Source of the DNA: Laetmonice hystrix
Taxonomy: Eukaryota
Direction: 5' to 3'
Assembly (NCBI GenBank): GCA_965235115.1
Contig: OZ249436.1
Location: 55,740,001 to 55,804,000 of the forward strand
DNA: 64,000 nucleotides
The notes beneath the pieces are model-generated. The model saw only the letters and a list, made by a program, of their open reading frames with translations. It ran no database searches and had not been told where the DNA came from. How positions within the stretch are numbered: position 1 is the first letter of the stretch; each line of letters opens with the position of its first letter. The position numbers and the translations under genes are program-made. Positions 24,101-36,300 of the stretch are shown one piece after another.

Positions 24101-25576
24101 TGGATTACGCATGTTAAATTAGCTTTAATTAAGATAACTTCCGGTTGCGGTTGCATTCTAACATACTTTTGAGGACAGTTACATGCAGATCGTCGGATTG
24201 ATATTCTATTCCAGCTTTTTATGGGGGGGGGGGGGTTATAGACTGATTTGGAAAACGAAACATTGCATGAAGCTGTGAATTCATTGACCTTTTTGTGCTT
24301 CAATTGCTCCTCTAAACACACAAATTTGCATGCATGTATACGTGTACCTGTTGAAACGTACCCCCCCCCCTACACCACCCCCTGTATCGTGGCTGTGTTT
24401 GACGCGGCGACAGAGTGAAACCCAAGCCGCGCCCCTCGTTACCTGATGCTATACGATCAATGTCCAATGATGCCATGTTTTATATAGGTGAGTGTGGTGG
24501 TGTGCTGGGCGCTCCTCCACAAACCCAAGGCTGTGGTGATGACGGAAGGGGACGTGAGTTCGGTGGTCCTCAAATGTTACCTCCCACGGGGTCCGTTCAT
24601 CACCTCCCTCGTCTACAACTTCCTTCTACTCGTCGCTTCCGTTTTCTGTGCCTTCAAGACGAGAAAGCTACCAGACAATTTCAACGAGTCCAAGTTCATA
24701 TCATTCTGTGTGTACAGCACCGTGGTTATATGGCTTGCCTTTATTCCGTCCTACTTCGCAGTTGGCAGTGCGTTTTACCAGGTATATGGAATTATAGGCC
24801 TACGTCTAAAGCTTATGGCGAGGAAGATTTGATAATAAATATACCCTGCTAGACAGTGGAAGTTATCCTGGAATCATAGGAGCCCGTTTCCTATAGCAAT
24901 AGTGGCATCATTAGTTACGCGTATTTTTAGAGGTTTTTGAAGTCATTTAAAAGTAAAATATGGTAATTGTTCTTGTCCCATCCGCAAATAGAGGAAATCG
25001 CAGGGATAACGGTTTGAGATATTTTAGACCGTGCATTTAAAAGTCCCTATATAGATATCTGAAATAACCCTCTTTCATGGCCAAGTAAAACTACTTTTGT
25101 TTGTTAGTGTGTTGTATTGATTTGTTAGTAATGGCATTTCTTTCCGTTTCCAGACAATGCTCTTGTCGCTTGCAGTGCTGGCCAACGCCACCTTGATCCT
25201 GACGTGTATTTTCCTACCTAAGATCTATGCCATATACTTTGTGAGCAAATCGAATCAGCACGTGTCGCCCGGGTTCAAGGTGACAGGCGGGGCGCGTCGG
25301 TTGACGGTCACCCACCCGCACTGCTCCCGAGCCGAACTGTTGGCCGAGGCCGGTGGGTCGCTTAGTGTGAACACGCCTAACGGCAGCGCTGCTGTCGATA
25401 ACGTTAAGAAAGGAAACGCCAGAAAGGGCCGAGATGACGCGCCGGGGGACATGTCAAATGGGACCATACAATTGCAGGTGTCCCCAGTCGATGGTGTCTG
25501 TGGACCATATACGGAAATAACCTCTGCGCGGGACACTGCATGCATGTATTGCAGTAGTGGAAATAAATTATTTTAA
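21177..25576 (+). CDS. Class C GPCR, metabotropic glutamate receptor-like; about 935 aa, 5 exons
   Basis: Exons 21177-22718, 23024-23188, 23617-24000, 24488-24781, 25154-25576 (all phase-0 GT-AG introns). Signal peptide MWWPILLAVFLWAQAISA. Venus flytrap motifs GDFSLGVLLPVH, QRLEA, IPQVSYLATS, YPYFQRGVPPD, EGEYG. Cys-rich domain SVCS..C..CCWVCEPC. 7TM motifs VKASSRELSY, KTTRIYRIF, KTRKLPDNFNESKFI, FLPKIYAI. Confidence 0.94.
23164..23380 (+). repeat. Degenerate tandem copies of the GPCR exon-2 end plus splice donor
   Basis: ccaatccaccccacttacctcaag|gtaagcgaatac is echoed at about 23236, 23283 and 23345 (e.g. ccaatccaaccaactacctcaaggtaaatgagtag). Confidence 0.75.
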
Positions 25577-26559
25577 CCAGATTTTCTGCCTATATAAATA
25601 GCTTACACCGACAAGGATGAAATATAGATCTATGTATAAAGACACCTAGAATTGAGTTTGCGAAACCGTCTCGCCGATCGAGACACCTTGTTAAACGTGT
25701 TTAACGAATACTGAAAAACCTTTTCCAAGCCTTTAACGACATGCATGAGAAGAAAAATTGGACGTTATAAAAGAGATGTGTATTTGTCTGAGAGATCTGT
25801 TTTATATCATTAGGCCTAACGGTAAGCGTTTGAAAATTTATATCATATAAAAAAATCAATTATTATTTTTTAGTCCATAAGTTAAATGTTGTCCATCCCA
25901 TTTCCCCTTAATTGCATTTACGTAATTTACATCGTGCACAATCGTTATAAACGTCATACCGGCCTACACATATCAGGGCTCACATCTGTGTATAAGGCAG
26001 GTCACGAGCGTTACGGGAAGCCAGTTCGGCCGGGTGTCATGTATACACCTCGTCAAAATCTATGCACCTTCTGTCACTATATAGCATACTTCTTAAGTTT
26101 AATACATAGGTTTTGTAAACAGACAGCGAGGAAATGGGAGATCGCTCGAAAGCAAGGCTGCGGCCATGCTGCACACTGCATGCGCCCAACGATATAAGCT
26201 CCCCGACGAAACCGTTAGGCCTATGTTTTAACATCTTCGCGCGAATAGCTATTTTACGGTACATCGCTGATTAATATTCATCTTAAAAATCTGTCGAGGA
26301 AATAACAAGAGTGTTTTGTTTACTCCGGAGAACGCCGGCTAAAAATCTTAATTCTTTTTATTTTTAGAAAAAAAAACTAACTCGGGGACCCCCTAAAAAA
26401 TTTAAATTTCAAATCTGTAGGCCTATCGTAAGGAAACTGTGAAAAAATCAGGCTGATATCATTAATTTTGAAAATACCCTCGAACCTCCTGCCGCACCAT
26501 TGTTGTCAATCGTGATCAGCCTATAGACTCACCCGAAGAATTTAATCATGTCATTCATG

Positions 26560-27374
26560 CCATGTGGCGAAATGTGACAGTTAACTTAGGCCTAGGCCAG
26601 GTTGGCAATTAATTATTATTATTAATCTAGGCCTATTTATTAATTAATCCATTAGTTTATATTTAATTAATTATTTATTCATTAGGCTACCTATTATTTA
26701 TCTTTTTTTAATGGAAGCGAGCATACGGATATATGGGGCACACGGTCTACACGAAGGGAATTAGGCCTAGAGATCGATGGTCGTCCTCGAGAGGGCCGAC
26801 CCCGGGCCGTAGGCCTATAGGCCTAATAGCTAGGCCTATAGATCTAGGCTAATTATGAGGCCTTTTTTATTTTTCTTATTAGATTTTTTATTATTAGCCT
26901 AGGCCTATAATTATGATTTTATTATTTTTATACGGCCTTAGCCTTAGGACATTTTCCTTATAGGCCTAGGCCTATAGGCTAAAGTTATTGGCCCCTCCAT
27001 AGCATAGACCTATGCTTCCACCTTTTTAGGTAGGCCTATAGGCCTAGGCCATAGGCCTGAACCCCTTTTTTCCAGTTTTCCCTCATAGTGTGGGACGTGC
27101 CCCCCCCCCCCCCCCCCGCCCCCCAACCCTCTCCCATGACGACTCACAGTGTGGCTGCAGCCAGGGAAAGAAGCGGAGCGACTGTGTCGACACCTGGCGG
27201 AACACACGGGAGTCTGAGAACGGGTAGTGGGAGGAGCCCGGTGTGAGACTCTCTCGGCGCCAGTAACAATATTTCCGGTTGTTCAGTCCGTGATCTTGAA
27301 GCGTCACGAAGGCCGCGCGAAACACGATCTGTGGTAGCAAGTGGTTCATGATCGGATTAACTCATTTAAGGTCG
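26560..27374 (+). promoter_or_regulatory. Probable ADSL promoter/5' region
   Basis: AT-rich block dense in TAGGCCTA palindromes (about 26580-27060), then a poly-C run and a GC/CpG-rich stretch with an ETS-like atttccggtt (27271) ahead of the first coding exon. TSS not determinable. Confidence 0.5.
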
Positions 27375-30300
27375 ATGGCATCGTTAGACAGGTCGAACTC
27401 GGGCGATCAGGGATCGGGGGTGGTGAATGTCAAGCAGGGATATCGGGAGAGTGACGGCCGGTCCAAGTACCGGTCCCCGCTGTCGGTACGCTACTCGACC
27501 AAGGAGATGTCGTACAACTGGAGCGAGATGAAGAAGTTCAGCACTTGGCGACGCCTGTGGATCTGCCTGGCCAAGGCAGAGAAGGTAGGGCGCAGGGCCG
27601 TGTTCGCGTGACGATCACTAAGTCAGTGCCAGCCAAGGGCCGAGATGTTTGCTGGCTCGGTGCTCTCGTAATACACTGAAGCAGAAGTGCCAAAACACCT
27701 GTCACACTGGACTGGCTATTTATTATGTAAAGTATTATCATTTCATGATTTGGCTCGCTGGATAGAATGTATTCACACTGCAGTATTGACTATGTCCTGT
27801 GTATGCCATTCATTTTGACACTCACCGTGTCGGGGACCGTAGGACGAGGTGCTTGCCCCTGGATGAGTATTGTACCGTGTACGGTCTAGGCCACTTTGAC
27901 TAGTTTGAGACACTGAGTCTGAGTGAGAGTGAGACGGCTAGCCACCTGTTAAAGTGTTAGCACAGATTTCATTTAATGTGATTAATTAGTCTTCATTATG
28001 AGTGGCGAAGGCCACTGCACAAAATGTTAATTGATACTTTTCACTCCTGAAGTTAAGTGGTTTTCTCTCAGAAATTAAATTACCTCCATTAACTAGGATT
28101 CACGTGAAAATTTAAAGGATGCCTAATAATTTAAAAGGCAATATTCCTCATGTCCCATGTCATGACAAGTCCCAATGAACCCAGTACGTATTGTCCATTT
28201 AAAAGTAACCCAGGCAAAGAATTTATGTTTTGATGCAGCTCTGACAGTGATTACCTCATTAAAGTAATGGATGGGTGGCAGTGATCAGTGACCCAGTAAT
28301 CTCAGTGTTGCATTTTTTAGATAAATTATAAAAAATAATATTTGAATAGACCTCTGTGCCACATGTGGCAATCTTGATGGAATTTGTTGCAAATGAAACA
28401 AGAAACATAATTTTGAACAGTAAAGAATATATTTAATGTTATCCAGAAATATCTTTTACACTACTGTTTGAACTATCCCAGGGTTCTAGCTAGGCCTTTT
28501 TGGTGTATCAGCCCAATATGCTGAGTTTTGGCCTCGATATGTGACCCAAATCACAGATATGCTGTGTTTCAGGCCCGATATGGGACAAAATCACTGATTT
28601 ATAAGCATTTAAGCTGAGAAGGACTGCTTTCCACCACCCTCACCTTAGAATGGAGGTGTGTTTTTCACTCAGATTGCACAAAATTACATCCATTTTTCTA
28701 AAAATATCCTGGGGAAGGCCCCCCCATACCCTCACGGGAGGGGCAACCACTCCCACCCCGTAAACTTGAATTTGAGTCGGCTTTTATACATTATTGAATA
28801 TTCTATTTCAGGATCGTAAATCTAAGCAGTTTGAAAGCACGGTAAAAATTGGCCCCCTTGGAGAGCCATTGGCCCCGTTTTGTCAGAAGAGGGGGCCAAA
28901 TGGCCCCACTGGGACTGTGGGAGAAATCCTGGATGCAGCTCTAGTGTCTATGCCCTAGATCAAATTGCTTAAGATTAAACTTGCCCAAGGTGTTGGCTAA
29001 CAGGCATTCAGTGTATTGCCAATTTAACTGAAAGCAGACTTGCTCTACAATAGAAGCCTTCATATTGGCTGCTGTTGTCATCATTCTTAAATACAGTAAA
29101 TTTTAGATTAAAAAATGGGTTCAAAGTTTTTCCATGGCATGCAGTCTATGATTATGGCCTGCCCATAACCATTGATGCTTAAATTGATGAAATCCATTGA
29201 ATGAAAGGATTTATTTAGGTAATTTGAGAACATACTACTGTATTAATAATGTTTGGTTTACCAGCTTTATACGGTAGTCATAATAATTGTTATAGATAGT
29301 CATGATGCTAATTGAGAAAATCTAATTGAGTCTGAGATTCTGGCTGCTGGTAACAGAGCGTCTCGCCTACGAGGTTCGAGCACCTTTTATGTGGGAAAGC
29401 CTTGTACTTGCTGCTCTATAGATGTGAGTAATTTCCCTGGGTACTCCACCTGTAAATCTATACACCTGAATGATGTGACCCTGGCTTCTGAGCACTGACA
29501 TGGTACACCACAATTCAAAACGAATGCAATGTTGATAATAAAACTTGACATGCCCTTTGTTGCAGTCACTTGGACTAGACATCACTGACGAGCAGATAGC
29601 AGAGATGGAGGCCAACATAACCAACATTGACTTTGAGAAGGCGGCAGAAGAAGAAAAGCGCCGACGTCACGATGTTATGGCTCACGTACACACCTTCGCT
29701 GCGATCTGTCCGACTGCTGCACCCATCATTCATCTTGGCGCCACATCCTGCTTTGTCGGTGACAATACAGTGAGTGAGATACAGAAACTTCATCAGCTAG
29801 TTCCTACTATTTGACAACCACTTAAACGGAAAGATGATCATGAACAACTAGGGCTCATTGAAAATCAAGTACAGTGAAAAGAAAGTTCAGGTTGGGCCAA
29901 AAAGCTTCTATTAGGCTACTTTAGTACAACTTTAATAATTAATTTAAAAAGTCTTGATTGAAATCGTTAAGTAATCATTCCAATGGGATGCTCTTTCCCT
30001 TTCATGTTAAATTTGTGGAGACAAAATCTAACTCAAATGGTGATGTTTTACCAGGTCATCAAACAAACAGTTTTATGCAGACTTTAGTTTTTTAAATTTA
30101 ATTTTTATTATATTGCATGATGTAAAGATTTGGAGTTCTCTACATGAAACTAGAACAATTTACACAGAGAACACACTTAAATGTCTATGTATTATCGAAT
30201 GATGGTTTCCAACATTCTAAATAAAAGGAGTACATTACTATCTTTATTATATTGCCCAGGAGAAAGAACTATACTACTAGATAATTTGGGAAGTTTTGTC

Positions 30301-33300
30301 ATGACAGTTGGCCCCCCAAAAGGGAAAGACTATCTTTGTTCATTCGTTCTCATGCATGCCTAATTTTTTTGCAGGATTTGATTATCATGCGTGATGCCTT
30401 TGATATACTTATTCCAAAGGTATGTATACATTATTGGGAGACCATTTTATCATGATTATTATAACCTGGTTAATAGATATTGTCCCAGACATACTAGTCT
30501 GTGGCAGTCATGATGTTTTGTTTGCCTGAGCAACTTCCTGACCACCTTTGTTTATTTACCCCCGGTAGTGTTTGTTCAGTACCTAAACATGCATAAATAT
30601 AATCTAATTAAACCAACCACTCGTAGTTGACTATTAAATAATGACCGAGAAGATCCCTTAAACCCCTCTGCTCTCTCTGCTATAGTTGGCTCGGTGCATC
30701 CAAAGGCTTGCAGGATTCGCAGAGAAGAACAAAGACATTGCCTGTCTGGGCTTCACACACATGCAGTAAGTAGGAAGACTTGTGAAGGCAGGGTCATAGT
30801 CAGGCAATGTACTCATAGCTAGACAACGCGTTTGCAGTTAATCATGTATTAGACTACGGTATCCTTTCTCAGTTCATAGCCCATAAATTAATGTGATCAT
30901 GTAATATTTTGCTACCTTCAGACCAGCCCAGTTGACGACGGTGGGAAAGAGGGCATGTGTTTGGATACAGGACCTGCTCATTGACCTGCGTAACCTGCAG
31001 AGGGCCAGAGACGACTTGCGCTTCCGCGGAGTGAAAGGTACAACAGGAACCCAAGCAAGCTTTCTTCAACTCTTTGATGGCGACCATGAAAAGGTAAAAT
31101 TTGGATCATGGAAGGGAGCTATGGGAAGGCTTGTTTATCGCAATTTGTAGTATAACTTATGGCTCTACAAATCCAGATGCGCTTCAGTCATAATAGGACA
31201 GTCCTTGAGTCCGGAAACACTTCTTTATTAACCATTATATTGAAATCCTTTGATTTCCGCCAGCAGGGGTCGCTTTGTCTCCGAGATAAAAGCTGTAGGG
31301 ATTTGAATGAGTCTGACCTTTAACATCGTATTTCTGTATTTGCTAACTTTTGTTTCACTGGCATTATTGATTTCTTTGTCTTTCAGGTTGAAAGGTTGGA
31401 CCAAATAGTAACAGAGATGGCCAAGTTTAAGTCGTAAGTATCACGGATCAGTTTTCTCGAGAGCTTTACAAAAAAACATGTACATGTATTGAAGTATTGT
31501 GCACCATGTTTTTCACCCCATGTGCGCAGTAACTACGGCGCTTTTCACTTGGTTGGTCTAGTTCCCTTTCTCAGGCTTCTGTCTCAACATCTGATCCGCA
31601 GCCACAGAATAAGTGCCTTCAAAACAGCTATCATGCCGACATGATATCTCCCCCCGGTTTCTCATCCGAAATTTTTAATTGCCAACACAGACTAAACTCT
31701 TCAGAATAGAAGACTACCAGTTCATGGGTAGGGTTTTTTTTCATTAATGGGAAATTATTTGATCAGGCAGGGGATGGAAAATGAATTATAGGAAGTTCAG
31801 ATTTATTGCATAAAAGACCGACCTAGCCTGTTTCATTGACATTGTAAAATATGAAAACGCTAGGTCATATTTAAACTGTACTCCAGAGAATGTCCGTTTC
31901 ATTAGTTTAAGCCATGATAAGATTAGCTGGTGAGATAGGACAATAAAAAGAAAAAAAACAAAAAAAAAACGAGTAAATTGATGATGATTGATGAGGTGAA
32001 TGATTAATACTTATTGTAATATGAATGATGTCATGTTTAGATGGTGATATATGCCGTTATTTGTTGACAGGTCGTACATTATCTGTGGTCAGACTTACAC
32101 CAGGAAGGTGGATGTAGACTGTCTGGCTGCCCTGGCTAGCCTGGGATCCAGCATACACAAGGTAAGCCCACTTTATTAGTTTGGAGCTCGATATTAACCC
32201 TTTACTTGTGAAGACGGTCATACAGGTTAGAGAAGTGTTTCCAGTGGCTGAGACTCCTGAGGATTTATAAGGTGACTGATGGTACCCTGTCTGATGTGGT
32301 GAGCTACAGTAAACAACAAGCGCTCTATCCTTGGAATCCAAATCATGTTTTGCTTGTAGCTTTTGTTATCTTCCATTCCAGACTCCGTTCTTAATATTAT
32401 AATCAACCTGAATTTAAATATTTTAAAACTCGATATTATTACTACTTAGTATACATGGCATTCATATTCAGGGAACCCGCAGCAGGAACGAAATATTATT
32501 AACGTTGGCAAGAAATCAAGTTACATGATAGATTGCATTAAGAATTTTTCATTGCTTTTATGTCCGTGATAGTAATAGATCCCATGCCGTCAGTGGTTAT
32601 GGTTGTGTCCAAGCCGGAACCGTCACTACCTGTTTTGTCGCGATTCGTGGAAAGATTACGTGTGTAAAAAAGGGCTTTATCCCAGAAACTGGCATTCAAT
32701 TGGCTGGAAGAAAGCAGGCGGCAGTTGTGACCCCCAGGAAATAAAATCTGATGGAATGATATTGACTATACAGCAGCTGGTGGAAAAAAGTGGCAGGATT
32801 GACTGGGCTGGAGGGTTGCTTTCAGCAGCGAGTTTATATTATGAACGTATGTGAGCTCTGGAAAAAAATCTCTTTTATACAGACAGCAATGTATTCTGGC
32901 AGCCAGACTGGCTGGCTGATGAAGTCTCAACCGGGTTGTTTTATTGATCAGTGCACTTTGGCCCCTCCTTGAAATGTTGATTTACGCAGAACTATTGATT
33001 AATTCCTCGAGGATGTTGTGACAGTCGATCGGGCTCAGCTTGGTCAGATGTGACTGAGAATAGGAATTAACTGTATACAATGTACGTACATATGTAATGT
33101 CGGCATGATATATCTTTCACTGTACAACAAAGGACGTGGCGGATATAATGTCGTGCGTTCTGTTACGTCCCCCATTTTAGTCGTAAGTGAGCCAGCCTTC
33201 CTTTGATGAAGAACAAGGATTTTGGATCAGACCATATTCAGTTCAGTTGACGTACCCTGTGCCATGCACTCGCAACTACCGACGGTGGTATTGCTTAGTC

Positions 33301-36300
33301 CTGAGTGTAATGGCAGTAAATCGTACGAAAGTCCTGAATAAATCAGGAAATTTGACGTTTTATGACGATGATGACGTTTTATATAACAGTAATATACTGA
33401 AACGGCCTTTAGAGAAATGACTCTTGTTGTAAGCCAGTGGCATATTGAAGGTAGAGTTGTCGCTATGGCAAGGATTGTGCCATAAGTATGCCTGCCGGCT
33501 TGGCAACATCAGCTTTACATCATGATCTGTGGGCACGCCCGGATACAGGCAGCCAAACGTAATAGGAGGAGAATGTAAATCGGCTAATATACCAGGGCAC
33601 AATCAATGTACGTCGGTAATGTTAACGTGACTGAGCTTACTTTGGATTTATCTTTGGCTAATCAAAGCAACAGGAAATATCTGTATTTCCGTCATTATAT
33701 TCCCATTAATTGTTTTGTTTTGTCCTCTCATCTACCCAACAATTCAATTCATGCTTCATGCATAACATCATCAAGAGGTTGATATGTCGGTCCGGTGTCA
33801 CAACAACAAAATTCGTTATTCTCTCTCCCTCTCTCTATTTCTCTACATTTCTGGAATGCTTTGAGTCAGACTTTTTTTGTTTGGTGCCTGGATCTCGCTG
33901 TGACGTCGTCACCCCTCTCTGTATACCCGTCTATATTCCACGCACTCCTTATTACTTGTATCCCCCGTCCTTTCATAGCATCCTTCCTGCGAATAAACGA
34001 GTCCCATTACCTGGCTTCCAATCTCCGTAATGTGGTCTATGTGTCTACCCTGTTAAAATACACTTGCCCCTCACGTAACCCACCCCACCCACCCCCTCGT
34101 GTTGAGCCTCTCGATGAGGCTGTTCCGTGAATACTCTCCCCACCGGCATTTTTATCATCTCTAAATCTGATCTCCATGACCTTGGCCTATGTCTGAACCC
34201 CAATGAGATAACGGCTACTGATCGGCTGATTGGGTCCTAATGAAGACTAATGCAAGGAGAACGGTGTCATTAGCATCCAATTTAGCTGTGGGCCAATGTT
34301 TGAACTTCACGGCCCAGCCTGTGTCTGTGCCGTGGACGAGGCACGTTTGACAGCTGATGGAATATCTAATCACCGTATCCGTCACCTGGACGGAGGCGAT
34401 AGCACACAAGGGGTTAACGGAACGGTACGAGCTGGCTGTTTGATCCTCCTGGACCCACCTCAGGTCCTCTGGCAAACCGCTCGCAGGCTCTGTCCACCCG
34501 CTAGCCGGGGACCCAAGGCAGGGCGGTGTAAGGCTTGCATCAGCAGTTCTACACTTCACTACAATCCATGCATTAGTGTGCGCCAAACTTCGGCCTTTCA
34601 GAATCCGATCCACTTCACATTATGCGACGATTTGATCAGTCTAGTGTCCATCAGGATCACAGCGTAAAGTGCACAGTGTGAAGTTAGTAGAAGTGTTTTC
34701 AGCGCTGAATTTGAGATTTCAATTTTCCTGTATCTGGACGGTACTGAGATTGGTCATCGAGTAGATAAGAAAGAAGAAGCTGTGATCATAGTTAATAGCA
34801 AGTCTAGATTTGTAGACGTCAGCAGTGTCTTATATTGTACTGTACCTGCTTTATCAGACTTACTCACAAGATCTCGAAGTAACCTGATACTGTGGGTTTT
34901 TTTCTTCCTCTCTCTGTCTTTCTATCATTAGTATCTGTAGCAAGTTTCATTTGATGCGGCGTCAGCGTGATCGTTCAGTGCATTCAGCTAATGACGGCGT
35001 GTTTTAATTCTTACCTTTATACCATCGTCAGGTCTAAGCCTGCTAGTGTCGTCTGCCCATCGCGAGTACTCTTGTCTAGATACGCGGATATCATTACGTA
35101 GGTCGTGGCATGGGGAGATGATTTTAAATGTCAGGTAGGGTGAGTCATTCAGAGAGCAGCCACCATGTTCTTACAATTGGAAGCCAATATCCGATTCTGG
35201 CTTCTTCAGAAAACTACGGTGTTCTCTATTAAAGGGGAATTACGAGAGGAGCATTTTGATTTTCACTAAGGAACAAACTAACACCTACCCAACTAATGTG
35301 TTAAATGTACAAGCGGAACATAAACGAATACAAATTTTGGGGGAGTTACGATAAGAGTGGGGGTGGGCTAAGTCTGCTGCATCCAACATTATAATGAAGA
35401 CGTCCCGGCATATGATTGGAGTTTTATGGTTTTACCCACTGCTTGAGTTCTCTTCCATCTATCCCTCAGGTATATGCAGCCAGTTTAATCTCTGAAGTCC
35501 GCCCTGTTCACCGGCCCTCAAAGCAACAGATTTGAGGGGCGGTGAACATCATCTCACAACTCCCAGGACAGTTGATTCCATTGTCTACCTCCTTGAAGTG
35601 TCCCTGTATAGGGAGAGAGCACAGGTGTTCTGCTCCGGCCTCCGCATTATCATTAGAATGCCTGCTAAAATGGCGAAGTGGATGAGGGGCCCTGGAGCCA
35701 GAGCGAAATAGTGACTTCTCTTTCAAACTGACGGTCATCTTTTCATCTTTGCCATTCAGTATTGATGAAATACGATCTCTTCATCAAAGCGAAAGGAAAG
35801 GGGTGGAAGTCCCGTGTCGTTGGCTTCTCCTCAAAAAGTGTCTCTTTAAAGAATGCCGTGTGCGACAGGCGCGTGTATTGCCTGAGGTGGGCTTTCAACG
35901 ACAAGACTAGTGTTGTCTGCAGCAGGCTGCCAATGTGCTACACGCCAGACTGTGGGATTAGGGTGGGCGGGGGTGGCCGGTATAGGTTATAGATTATTCC
36001 TTATATGTAGAGCTCGGTGAGCTGGGCCTCCTGCATGTAACTTTGGCCGTCAATGATAGTTATACCCTAGGACCAAAAGCAACAATTAATGTTCTGGTTA
36101 CAGGCTGAAAAAGGTGTTGGATTTAGCTAGATTTTTTAAAATTTGTGGGTTGTGGCAGACAGATCTCGTATACAGTAGATAAAGGCTCGTAACTGTATTA
36201 TTAACCCTAAGCCCCACATTCTTTTTTGTAAATTGTTGAAATTTGTAAAAATGTTTCTTGGGGCCTAATTTGCATGTATGACGTCATCGAGTTTTTCACC

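Noticed and set aside
34215..34667. Overlapping ORFs of 123 and 132 aa in intron 7
   Set aside because: No recognisable domain or convincing splice structure.
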